Positions 1 to 10,633 are shown, counted from the whole stretch's first letter. The stretch is 63,510 bases of DNA, filler included, from Olpidium bornovanus S191 (GCA_017911155.1; 30 parts of 30 records of this genome joined end to end with filler, not necessarily neighbours in it), one strand, 5' to 3'. The notes: generated by a model not told the origin, from the letters alone. Program-made: numbers and translations.

Positions 1-879
1 ACTTAAAACAGGTTCGTAGATGATCCAGAATCTGGAGAGAAATGCGTTTAACCACTCAACCGTCTCTTCGTCTGTCTCCAACCGGGCAACTGCGGACGCT
101 CGGCGTATTTCGTCGTCCATGTTCCGATGCGTTCGACGGATGGACCGTCTGTAGTACGAAGCTACGACCGTTGAAAATCAGGTCGAGCAGAGACTTGGGT
201 TAGAAGCGGGGCTTCCATCTTTAGCAAATGCGACGGCAAACAGCACGGTGCACGGGCCACCCACCGCAGAACGCCAAGACAATAATACACCAGGAAAGGC
301 CGCCTCGAAGGACACCGGTGATAAACCATGTACTAATCACGGCAACTATAATAACCGAAGCATTTTGCCAGTGCTCCCCATAATGGTGTTCCGAAAGCAG
401 CGGAGGATTCGTCGGCTGATTCTCCGCTGCATAATCGGCGGGTGAGCTCCCAGATTGTTGTTTCCAGCCGATTTTCGCGCTGGGCGGGACAGGTCCGATA
501 ATCGTCTTAGGTGGCTCAACCAGCCCTTCGACCACCTTTGCTCCGGATTTCGCGTCCAAGCATTCATTGATCTTGACCTACATTGAAAGAAATGGTGTCA
601 TAAATGACGCCCCTCACACAAGCCCACAAAATCACACACTCCCGCTAGCGCACCCCGGAAACGCACGTGCGCCACCTCTCCCTGGAACTCTTGTGGCCGG
701 ACATTGTCGACCGGCAGGCCGGGCGCGCCTTTAGACACGCGAAATGCGGCGGTGGCGATCTTCGCCAAGTCTGCGGCGCCCTTACCGATCCCCACCCTCT
801 CGCCCGGGGTAAAACCCGCCGGAAGTGCTTCTAGAGGATCGTGAACCGGGGGAGAGCCCCGTAGAGGGTCCGCGGTCAT
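1..879 (-). CDS. Tricalbin / extended-synaptotagmin family protein, N-terminal part (3' end missing)
   Basis: Spliced reading: GWKQ...HYGEHWQNASVIIVAVISTWFITGVLRGGLSWCIIVLAFC | intron 162-264 (GT-AG) | ASYYRRSIRRTHRNMDDEIRR...ETDEETVEWLNAFLSRFWIIYEPVLS. This is the hairpin membrane anchor plus the start of the SMP domain. The start codon is uncertain. Confidence 0.88.
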
Positions 880-1402
880 TTTAGCCCCTCCACGCCCGCG
901 TGCACGTACAAGGCCGTGCGAGGGTTGACTCGCACAGGAGGGCGGACTCCGGAAAGCTCGAGAGCAGGAGCGCGCTGCGTCCTCTCCTACTGGCCAAAAC
1001 GCCGGTGAGGTACTTGATTTGGCTCCGACAGTGAGTCAGGCGCAGGAGTCACGTGCAAGACCATTATTGTCAATGGGCGGTCCCGGCACCCTGTGAAGTC
1101 CACTCAACCCTTGGAAATTAGCCTTTTGGCGAATTCTGCTCCCTCAAAGATATATCGCCAGGGCCAAAATCAAGGTCTTCGTCCTGCATTATCCCGTCGG
1201 CCGAAATGCGCTGGCCAGATTTGAACGAAACACTCTGGAAGAAATCTGAAGGCAGAATAAACGCAGCTGTTCAGGCCTCGACGCACTGCCATTCCTGAAT
1301 GGTCCCGTCCGAGTCCCCTAGGAAGTTCCCACAGCAGTTCTCCAGCTGTGGCGCCAGCCCGCGGGAAAGCACTCTCCCCAATTCGCAACTCCACACAACT
1401 CC

Positions 1403-2184
1403 TGTAAGGACGCAATGCGACGGCGCAAGACGGCGGCGTCCTTTTTATTTTTAAATAATTTCGGTGGCAAAAGGGGGAGGGAAGGACACTACGGTAAAAA
1501 ACGAGCGACGGGCATACATCACGTAATTGGAGTAAGGCGTGCGGCGCGCGCTACACCCCCCGTAGCCTGGATAACGGAGGCCGGGGCAAACCAAGCAAAG
1601 GTGGACAAGCTCAAGCACGACGCGATCGTTCAAAGGCAAAATCGTATTTGTTTATATGCTATACCATTGCCCAAATAATGGTCTTTGCGTGTTGAAGATT
1701 AGTGCTAGGCTCCCAGCTGGCCTCAGAGCGGTTGTACCCCCTCCCAGGCAACAAGGTACTGTCGTTGCCAGCAATGCAGGCGTGTGTCAAGGATCCGACC
1801 GATTTTAAATTTCTCTGCGCCATCCACAGGCACCCGTTCAGGTCGTGGATTGGTTTGTGGGATTGGTGCGAACGAGGACGGTTCGACGTAAGGGCGAAGT
1901 TTTGAGGCTGTGAATCAAACCTAAACAGCGAGCGAAGCCGGTAGGTTGAGGTGGCAGTGCCTGCGGGCGTCGACATCTAGAATGTAATATGGACCAATGG
2001 CGGTTGAGGAGTACTTGTTAGTTAGGGAAGAGTTGTAAGATTTGAGGCCCGCACGATCAAGGAGAACGAGAATACCGCAATCGCCGATCCGTTCCTCTTC
2101 GCCGTCGCGCACGCCGTCCTCCGAGGCTTCTCGGAGCCCTTGCCGTCGCCAGAAACGCTTGTGCGACGGTCGCAGTCGGATCAT
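1403..2184 (-). mobile_element. Degenerate Ty3/gypsy chromovirus 3' end: integrase GPY/F tail, chromodomain, PPT and candidate 3' LTR
   Basis: VLLDRAGLK...KYSSTAIGPYYIL...LNLPASLAV*V*FTASKLRPYVEP...ERVPVDGAEKFKIGRILDTR...RQYLVAWEG/YNRSEASWEPSTNLQHA. Stops at 1921-1923 and 1915-1917; +1 frameshift in the C run 1737-1741. A G6 tract (1556-1561) precedes a 153-bp segment (1403-1555) with TGTA...TACA ends. Confidence 0.85.
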
Positions 2185-2282
2185 TAAGTTTCGTAAACAC
2201 GCGAAAATCAGACAACAGAGTTCGAAAGGACACGCCCAAGCACGGGTGATTCCGGCTGAATTTGAATTATTTTAACATGTAA

Positions 2283-2382
2283 NNNNNNNNNNNNNNNNNN
2301 NNNNNNNNNNNNNNNNNNNNNNNNNNTTAATTAATTAANNNNNNNNNNNNNNNNNNNNNNNNNNNNNNNNNNNNNNNNNNNN
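2283..2382. other. Artificial 100-bp contig linker (44 N + TTAATTAATTAA + 44 N); first of 29
   Basis: The same linker starts at 2283, 3590, 4864, 6604, 7799, 9014, 10534, 13192, 15772, 17019, 20716, 22670, 24203, 26573, 28483, 30310, 32326, 33853, 36580, 38034, 39347, 46062, 48853, 50600, 51916, 53964, 56154, 58979 and 61146. The 12-mer places stop codons in all six frames. Confidence 0.99.
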
Positions 2383-2956
2383 CAGAGGAGGGGCATGTCG
2401 GAGAAACCCGGGTCGGGAAGTGGGAACGATCGAGCGGTGATCGTTTGACGCGATCGTAACGAGGAGCGTGAATGACCCAGACGCGATTGAAACGAGGGGC
2501 ATGTTTCGCGCAAGTCGCGTCATAGCATAATCGCTCGCGCCGAGGCCGACGAATATCCAACGGACAATCATTCAACATCTTGCATTACCATATATCATCC
2601 GCCATTTCGTTCGGCAGACGCTGCCCTTCCATCTAGAACATTAGCATTTACTTATCTCGCAACATCTGTAATAAGAGGGAAAGTTTGTTATTTTTTCCCC
2701 TTCGTTGCATCGGAGAACTTCGAGACGTCGGACTTTCAACGCAAAAAGTCCGACCCGGAGTTAACCGTTATTACTGCGGGGACGGCATCGGTTCTACCTC
2801 TTTTCGCCCGCCTGCCACCTCCCATCACTCGTTGCTCATCTCTCATCTCTTCTCTCTCTGCTCTTTCTACTTTATAATTTATCATTCCTCTCTCAATCTC
2901 TTTTGTTACCTCCGCCCCGCCCGCACCCATCGCAGACCTCCTCTGCTCCCTCTTGC

Positions 2957-3100
2957 ATCATCATCAACATCATTATCATTATTAGCACTATTATCATCAA
3001 CATCATCATTATTATCATTATGATCATTATTATCATCAACATCATTATCATTATTATCATTACTATCATCAACATCATCTGTCATCACCATCATCATCGT
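2957..3100. repeat. Degenerate (ATC/ATT)n trinucleotide microsatellite
   Basis: Direct reading: catcatcatcaacatcattatcattatt... Confidence 0.9.
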
Positions 3101-3278
3101 CATCCAATCCATACAACGCGAAGGGAGCGCGGGTGCGCGAGCGCGGGCGTGTGTGCGCGTGTGGTGCGTCTGTTCTGCCTTTAAAAGTGCGCCTCCCCCT
3201 CCCCCCCGCCCCCCCCCCCCTTGCTTTCCGGTCTTCCGCGCACACGAAGGCACAAGCGCCCTAAAAGACACCCAACCA

Positions 3279-3360
3279 ACCTCACTCGTAGAAACGCACT
3301 TCTCAAAAATTGTGTGCGGACCTCACTCGTAGAAACGTACTTCTCATAAATTGTGTGCGG
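3279..3360. repeat. Tandem repeat, 2 x 41 bp
   Basis: ACCTCACTCGTAGAAACG(C/T)ACTTCTCA(A/T)AAATTGTGTGCGG at 3279-3319 and 3320-3360, two mismatches. Confidence 0.9.
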
Positions 3361-3384
3361 GCGGACGTAACCAACGTTTTCTCT

Positions 3385-3442
3385 AAAATACATAAAAAGA
3401 AAGAAATAAAGAGAAAATACATAAAAAGAAAGAAATAAAGAG
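3385..3442. repeat. Perfect tandem repeat, 2 x 29 bp
   Basis: AAAATACATAAAAAGAAAGAAATAAAGAG twice. Confidence 0.85.
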
Positions 3443-4976
3443 AGGGTGGGGAGAGAGAGAGAAAAAGAGTGAGAGAGATATAGAGATAGAGATAGAGGGA
3501 TGAGGAAGATGAGGGAGAGTGGCAGAGTGGACAAGAGCCGCTAGAAAGCGACGAAGTCCAACGCCGACAAACCCCTCCGCGGATCATGGNNNNNNNNNNN
3601 NNNNNNNNNNNNNNNNNNNNNNNNNNNNNNNNNTTAATTAATTAANNNNNNNNNNNNNNNNNNNNNNNNNNNNNNNNNNNNNNNNNNNNGCATGAAAGCC
3701 GGAGCGGCCGTGCGGTCTGCCTTGGAAGGATCTGTAGGTGGCTGTATGCTACTTTTGCCGAGGTTGGAGGGGAATATATTCTAATCGCTTTTCGGTTCCA
3801 ACCTGTAATTCCCGTGATGGACGTATCGCAAGTTTCTTGATGCATCTTACCGTTCGACTCAAAAGGTTAACCTGAAATGCGTTCCCGTTAGGCAATTCTC
3901 TTCTCTATTATAGCGCACGTTGATGGCTGATGTTCCCATCCCACGCCGTATTGCCGCCGACTTCTAGCCGAGCCTCCCAGACGAACTTTTTTTTGGAGGC
4001 GATGTCCGCGGGGCGCTGGAGGTTCTGCAACACCGGCGGCCGCTTGAACTGCAAGCATGGGCGGATCGCTGCGCCCAGTGGGCTGAAAACCATCCCGGGT
4101 TGCGTGAGCTGGACAGGCCACTCATGGCGATTTACGAGACTTACACGGGCGCCCCGCCGTCAAGCGCGGGTCCGCAGGGTGAACTTGACATTCCATGCGG
4201 AGCACCTTTGAGCGGACTGCGAGCCGGTGGGTGCGAGAAGGAAATAAAACCGTTAAATACATCTCACATGTGGGCGTTTCCGGACTTCCTGGTGAGGAGG
4301 ACTGCTGTTAGGCAGACGCGTCGAGCTTTGGGGATAGCCCGGTGCCGCTTTGAGGACTCACGTAAATGTATTTACTCAGACTGCCCCAGTACCGCATGTC
4401 CGGATGGAGTATATTCCCAGCGACAGTGATGACGATGAAAATTACATCCTCGTTTCAGGAAAGGTCACAGCGGAATCCACTGATCGGAAACTGAAGGTAG
4501 CCGTGGCACCGGCGGAATGCGCTGGCGGTCATGGAGACGAACAAGGAAGTGGCACACCAGACGACGAAGGCGACCACGAGGCTGACGAGGACGCGGCGGC
4601 GATGTCATCTTTGATGGTCCGTCACCATGTCTGCGATATAATGGAGCCCACCCCTCCTGCAGGCCGGACAGCCGGGATACTGAGGGTGCGGAGGGAAAAG
4701 ATTGCCTGCTGGAGGAAGCGGGATGAGAGTTTCGACGGAGTTTTCGCGTACGTTCCGAATTGTGTCTGTGGTGGGCGCGAGTACCGCGTTTCCAGTGCCG
4801 GATGTGTTGAACGACGACAATTTGTATCCCATAATTGCCTGTTGGGTGCAAAAATCATCATGCNNNNNNNNNNNNNNNNNNNNNNNNNNNNNNNNNNNNN
4901 NNNNNNNTTAATTAATTAANNNNNNNNNNNNNNNNNNNNNNNNNNNNNNNNNNNNNNNNNNNNCCCGCAAAAAGAA

Positions 4977-5015
<39 letters not shown>

Positions 5016-5083
5016 AACCCCCCCCCCCCCGCCACATTCCGACCCCGCCCGCTCCTCTCCACCCGCGCCTGGCCCCCGCGCCC

Positions 5084-5141
<58 letters not shown>

Positions 5142-5251
5142 CTGAAACGCTTTGCCCCGCGTGTTCCTGGCCAAATTGGGAAAAAAAAAACGAAGGGCCA
5201 GCATACCAGAAGGCGCCGCCGGACATCCGGCCGTCGTCGAAGGCCAGGCTG

Positions 5252-6537
5252 GTGGCCGAGATGATGACCAGCAGGCCCCCCGGCCCGCGTTTCCCGCCGC
5301 TGCCGCTGCGGCCGTCGTCGACGCCGCACCTGCGCCTGGTGTACCGCGGCCGGCCGTGCGGCGAGCACCACCACTACCACGCGGACGCGTTCTCGCCGTC
5401 GTTCTACCCGCTGCCGCTAATCCGCGACGACGACTACTGCTACGTGTCCGAGCGCAGGCGCACCCACGTCGAGCTCGTCGAGAGGCTGAAAGCCCAGCAG
5501 CGGAGGGACGCGGCGCTCGGCGAGCGGGGGCTCAAGAGGCCGTTCCGCTCGGCCAGGGTCGGAGGAGGAGGAGGAGGACCAGCAGCAGGAGCAGGACCCC
5601 CGTCGCCCGGGGGCGACGCCGGCGCCGCGGAGCCGGAGGCGGCCGCTCTCGGCCCCGAGCGGCCCGCGGCGCGGCCGCCGCCGGTCGGGACCGGGGAGGC
5701 GGCCGGTGCGGTCGAGGCTGCCGGAGGTCGGGGCGCCGCCGCCGCAGCCGCCCGGAGCCCGGCGGGCGGCCGAAATCACGGAGGCGGCGCGCCGGCACGC
5801 GGTCGGCCGCTCCCCGGCGGCGGCGGCGGCGGCGGCGGCGGACAACAGCGGCAGCAGCAGGGCGGCGGGAAGACGGTCCAGGCGCCCACGGGATACCTCA
5901 AGTTCACCCGGCCGGCCGTCCTCCAGGCGCGGCGCGCGCCGGCGGGCGGCGTCCCGAAGAGCGCGCCGCGGAGGCTTCGAAAGCGGGCGCCGCCGGAAAG
6001 CCCGCCCGCCCGCCCCGCGGCCGCCAGCGTGCTCTTGGAGCACGACGGCCGGCTGTACGCCGTGTCGGAATCCCCGGCAACCGCCGGGCCGCCGCCGCTG
6101 CCGCCGCCGCCGCCGCCGGACGTCGTCGTGGTGGCCGCCGCCCCGCGACAACCCGACGAGCCTGTCGTCCTCCCGGTCAAGGAGATCTCGGTCCGCGAGC
6201 ACCCGGGCTCGGGCCGCGAGAAACAGCAGCAGCAGCAACAGGACCAGCGCCGCGTGCGCACGGCGCCGGCCGGCCCCCGGCGCCGCGCCGCGTGGCCGAC
6301 GCAGGAGGCGGCGGAGGGCGACCGCGCGCCGCCGCGGGCCTCGGCGCCGGGCTCCCTCGCGGCGGCAACGGCGAGGCTCGGCTCTGCGCGGCGGTCGTCG
6401 TCGATATGCAGGGGGGTCACGCCGCAGCGGCAGCCGTTTTCGCGGCCGGCGGGATCGGCGGGAGGATGGTCCGGGCCCGGCCGGGAGGCGGCGGCGGCGG
6501 TTTCGTTCTGCGCCGTCGACGCCACGGCCGTGCACTG

Positions 6538-6538
<1 letters not shown>
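5252..6538 (+). CDS. Uncharacterised protein: short globular-looking N-terminal segment, then Gly/Ala/Pro/Gln low-complexity sequence
   Basis: 428-aa ORF. The segment RLVYRGRPCGEHHHYHADAFSPSFYPLPLIRDDDYCYVSERRRTHVELVERLK looks protein-like, but I do not recognise the family. Other frames are also open because GC is very high. Confidence 0.45.
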
Positions 6539-6597
<59 letters not shown>

Positions 6598-6703
6598 CCC
6601 CACNNNNNNNNNNNNNNNNNNNNNNNNNNNNNNNNNNNNNNNNNNNNTTAATTAATTAANNNNNNNNNNNNNNNNNNNNNNNNNNNNNNNNNNNNNNNNN
6701 NNN

Positions 6704-7797
6704 ATGCACGTAACCAGGGTGAATCTCCGAGCTTTTTGAGCAAAGCTACGGCAGCAATACGTATAATGGGCCTTACTTCGCGTTCCGGGTAGGTACGTTA
6801 GCGCAAGAGCCATCGCGTACCATGTGCCAAGACTGATGGTCTGCATGCACGTCACAATGTCTGCGTGGGACGGGAAATTATTTGGGTTAAGTGATCCCGC
6901 AACGTGTTCGCCTTGGACAACCTAGCACATCGCAAATAAGATTACCATTCTCATCCTGAATTCCCTCAACTCGCGACCACACGCGGACGGTTCCGTCCGC
7001 AGATGCCGTGGCGAGAAGGTCGGCCTCGTCCAACTTGGTAGGCACGCGGCTTTGGAGAGAAGCGACAGAATTCAGGGCGGCGGTGTGTCCAACCAACACG
7101 CTTGATTTCACCCACTGGCAACGAAAAGCCGGACAAGATTGAAAATATTTTTTTAAAAAAGCGCTTCTCGCACGTGCAAGTCTCGCCCTCGTTCGACGGC
7201 AATCGACAGCGACGCACCTCCCCGTCTCGCCGCTTTTTCCATACTATAGCGGTGTTGTCCGCAGACCCGGAGATAAGAGCGACGTCTTGCCTGGCGTTCT
7301 CCGTTCCTTTGCGGCACACGTCAGCAACAACGCGGCAATATGGTTGTCACGGAGAGCGAGTAACCCGCAAGTCGAGAACGAACATAGTCGGGCGGCACAC
7401 ACACCTCGCTCGATGAACGCCACGCAGTTGACCCTATCCTTGTGACCGCGCAGAGCCGCGGTTACGCCGTGGCAAGTCACGTCCTGGGAACAAAGGACGG
7501 GAGCACCGTGAAGTAAGAAGAAGTGACATTTGGGCAGAGGAAAAAGGCGTCCGCGATCGCGGCCGGAGAGTTCGTGCTACGGGGGTTCCGGGAGTTTCTG
7601 GCGCGGCAAACTTTGCTACTCGGAGCATCAATCCGAAGACTTCTTCGCACCTGCGGGTCGTAGAGCGCCACAAGCCTGTCGGCCGCGAACGCAACGCCCC
7701 CACCGGCCCTGCCCCACACCGCGGCCTGGGTCGTCCTGTTGCAACCTAAAGCGATGAAATCGAGGTGTGCGCTCTGCTGTGGCGTCGTGCCGTCCAT
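6704..7797 (-). CDS. ELP2: Elongator complex subunit 2 (WD40), N-terminal part
   Basis: Exons: MDGTTPQQSAHLDFIALGCNRTTQAAVWG...LVALYDPQ; LRGHKDRVNCVAF; LISGSADNTAIVWK; LVGHTAALNSV...LLATASADGTVRVW; QTISLG...MALALTYLPG. The N-terminal GCNR motif is typical of Elp2. Confidence 0.88.
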
Positions 7798-7898
7798 GNN
7801 NNNNNNNNNNNNNNNNNNNNNNNNNNNNNNNNNNNNNNNNNNTTAATTAATTAANNNNNNNNNNNNNNNNNNNNNNNNNNNNNNNNNNNNNNNNNNNN

Positions 7899-8400
7899 CA
7901 GCAACGTGCATGCCAGGCCAATAGTAGTTCTGGCGTAGGCGAGCGGTCGTGCACGTGGCACCAAGGTGGCCAGAAAGCGGGTGGTCGTGGTGCAGGGCAA
8001 TGAGCTCCTGACGCATCGACGTCGGAACGACGGTTCGGTGGACGGTGAGAGCACGTGACGGGCGATTAGCGGTGTGTTCGTGAACAAGCAACCCGTCGAT
8101 GCCGCGCAACGCACCGACAAGAGAAGCGTAACGCTGCGGTGGTGGTGTGCCAGCGAGGTACGAGCGGAGGCGAGCGATAAAAACATCCTGGGCCTGTTCG
8201 GCTCGCAGGCGATCTCGAAGGCAATTCTGTGAGGCAGTTTCAACGCTCGAAGGCGGAGGCACGTCGCGGTTATCGAAGAGAGCGGAGGGGATGATGCAAG
8301 CATCAGCGGTCGGATCAGCCGGATCGATGGCAATAGCGAAGAGCGTATCATCGGCGTCCCAATTTGGATCGGGAGCCGCATGCGGTTGACGAGAGAGAGC
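7899..8400 (-). mobile_element. Ty3/gypsy pol fragment (integrase zinc-binding region)
   Basis: VVPTSMRQELIALHHDHPLSGHLGATCTTARLRQNYYWPGMH matches the gypsy integrase H2C2 start, preceded by a connector-like region (LRAEQAQDVFIARLRSYL). Confidence 0.85.
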
Positions 8401-8536
8401 ATCAGCATTCGCATTTGCTGAGCCCTTGTGTCACGGCGCGCCTGCTACGGTGGCGTCAAACCCCTCAGGCCGCGTCAAGCCCCTCATGGGAGCACCCGCT
8501 GGGCAACGATCACGTGACCCAAAAATTGCCGAGATC

Positions 8537-8560
8537 ACTAGACACACCGGTGTGTCTAGT
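8537..8560. repeat. Perfect 24-bp palindrome
   Basis: ACTAGACACACCGGTGTGTCTAGT equals its own reverse complement. Confidence 0.95.
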
Positions 8561-8606
8561 CGCGACATCACGTGACCTCCAGATCAAGACCAAGACCAAG
8601 ACGGGC

Positions 8607-8699
8607 GGGCTCACCAGTGTGGTGGCGCCCGCAGTGTGGTGGGCTCACCAGTGTGGTGGCGCCCGCAGTGTGGTGGGCTCACCAGTGTGGTGGCGCCCG
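8607..8699. repeat. Tandem repeat, 34-bp unit x about 2.7 (two alternating 17-bp halves)
   Basis: GGGCTCACCAGTGTGGT + GGCGCCCGCAGTGTGGT at 8607, 8641 and 8675 (partial); the core CAGTGTGGT occurs five times. Confidence 0.92.
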
Positions 8700-9113
8700 A
8701 GCCATAATATCGGCGAATTCCCACCATGCTGTGGGCCCCGAAGTATTTTCCGAGCCCGCGGAATTAAGAAGAAGTCGCCATTGCCTGCAGCCCAACGCAA
8801 GCAGCGCTTTGGCGCCGGGCGGCGATTTTTTCCGCCGGCGCCGGGCGGCGATTTTTCGCCGGGCGGCGTTTTGCGCCGGAAAGAAAAAAAAAAGAAAAAA
8901 AAGGGGGGGGGGGCGACGCCACACGGACGCCCCCCCCAGAAAAACCGCCTCGGCGGGCCACGCGGGCAGAACCTCTCCCTCCTCCGAGACCCCCTTCCTC
9001 CGAGACCTCCTTCNNNNNNNNNNNNNNNNNNNNNNNNNNNNNNNNNNNNNNNNNNNNTTAATTAATTAANNNNNNNNNNNNNNNNNNNNNNNNNNNNNNN
9101 NNNNNNNNNNNNN

Positions 9114-9714
9114 CATGGCTGAGGTCGATCTTCACAAGCGTTGACAGCAACGTGGTCAAGGAGCCAACGCCACTCTTCATTGCCAACGTCCAGGCCGCCG
9201 AGCTTGCGGCAGACGTCAAGGCATCAAAGCGATCATAGCACATTGACATCTGGTATCACCACCTGCGAAGACACGCTGCAGACAGGATTGTTACCATTGA
9301 ACGGATCAGCTCAGCGGAGAATGTAGCAGACATCTGCTCGAAGCCGTTGGACCAAATCAACTACATAGGGCTTCAAGACAAATTCGGCATGCACGAAGTC
9401 AGAGGAGTGTGAGCGCGGTCACGAGAAACCACCAGGACGGAGGGAAACCAAAGGAAGTGGTAGAAGGCTACATAGATTTAGAGCAACCATGGGCTTGTTG
9501 CACTCAGTGAGGCGGGGTGTTGGAAATAAAGGGGAGAATAAAGGGGGAGGCTAAGCCGCGGACGAACGATTGTCGGAGATAAAGGGCAGTAATCTTCGGG
9601 ACAGCTGGACAAAAGTTCTTCGAGCGTTCCAGAAGGGTGGCGTTGAAGAGAATTACGATGCTGGAACCACTTTTTTTTTTTTACTTCCATGGCCTTCCGG
9701 CGAATTCCCTCACA
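9114..9714 (+). mobile_element. Ty1/copia 3' end: degenerate RNase H, PPT and 307-bp 3' LTR
   Basis: PTPLFIANVQAAELA...SKRS*HIDIWYHHLR...ISSAENVADICSKPL matches the copia RNase H KHID...N.AD..TKPL pattern, with TAG at 9236-9238. A purine tract AGAGGAG (9401-9407) is followed by TGTGAG (9408) ... CTCACA (9714), 6-bp inverted termini. Confidence 0.87.
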
Positions 9715-10533
9715 CGTCCCAAATGTGATTTGCAACGAACTGCTGAATGCCACCTCCTGTAAAACCGTCGTAGCCGTCCTCGTTCCGTGCTCCCTGAACC
9801 ACCACGTCACTTATAAAGGGCGTGGTGACTTCAGGTGACGAGCCAGTCCGTCTCTCTGCCGGTTTTTTTTTTTTAGACAACTCGGAATCGGAGTTCCTAG
9901 AAAACAACTGAACGCGTAATTTCAATAACGTGCTCGCCGGGAACATCCTCGGGCGGCCAGTACTTGGCAGTGGCGAATGCGACTCGCTCGCTGGTCGACC
10001 AGTCTTTCCAGTTGATGGCTGCGCATTTCATCCGGTTCCGATAGACGGGGCTCTCGCCGGGGAGGCCGGTGGCGGGGTTGACACACCATTCCGGCGGCAT
10101 TAGGAAGCGTCGGCGTTTGATGAAGGTTCCGAACAAGGCCCGGGGAGGCAGGTAGACAAGCGGGTCGATGCCCTTCTCGCGCTCCAGCATCTCCATGACC
10201 TTGACCAGCGGGACCTTTTGCAGCCGCTCGTGCGGGAACTGCGCCTGCGCGAGGCCGTTCACCGCGTTTCGCACGCAGTCGTGCGCGGACCGCCAGTACA
10301 CGCAGTCCGTGAGGGTTTCCACGTCCGGCACCGCGAAGGCTCGCGAGTCGAACATGGCCGAGTGCGAGAGCGCCTTCGCCAGCGTCGACGCCGGCAGCGG
10401 GGGGTAGTCCGTCCGCCGCTTCCGGCGCATTTCACCGGGAATTTCGGCGATCTCCTCGACGCCGCCGGCCGCGCCGGTTCCCGACGGCGGAGACAGGACG
10501 GATTCCAGGTGGCGGTTGAAGCGGGCGGCGGCG
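9710..10533 (-). CDS. Thg1-like protein (tRNA-His guanylyltransferase family, TLP type), C-terminal half
   Basis: AAARFNRHL...MFDSRAFAVPDVETLTDCVYWRSAHDCVRNAVNGLAQAQFPHERLQKVPLVKVMEMLEREKGID...FGTFIKR fits the Thg1C pattern (FD.R, WR..D..RN, H..L, EML...KG, GTF.KR). Putative last intron 9897-9963. The catalytic N-terminus is lost at the contig end. Confidence 0.8.
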
Positions 10534-10633
10534 NNNNNNNNNNNNNNNNNNNNNNNNNNNNNNNNNNNNNNNNNNNNTTAATTAATTAANNNNNNNNNNN
10601 NNNNNNNNNNNNNNNNNNNNNNNNNNNNNNNNN

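Noticed and set aside
5152-6659. Several long overlapping ORFs on both strands (also 61198-62814 and 42159-43211)
   Set aside because: Very high GC removes stop codons. The Arg/Gly/Pro-rich alternative frames are shadows of the real frame.
8607-8699. CRISPR-like reading of the 17/34-bp array (also considered for 21457-21845)
   Set aside because: The spacers are themselves repeated rather than unique, there are no cas genes, and the context is eukaryotic.
8621-8700. TGGTGGCGCCC as a tRNA primer-binding site
   Set aside because: It is on the opposite strand to the integrase, occurs three times in a tandem array, and I cannot match it to a specific tRNA or a defined LTR end.
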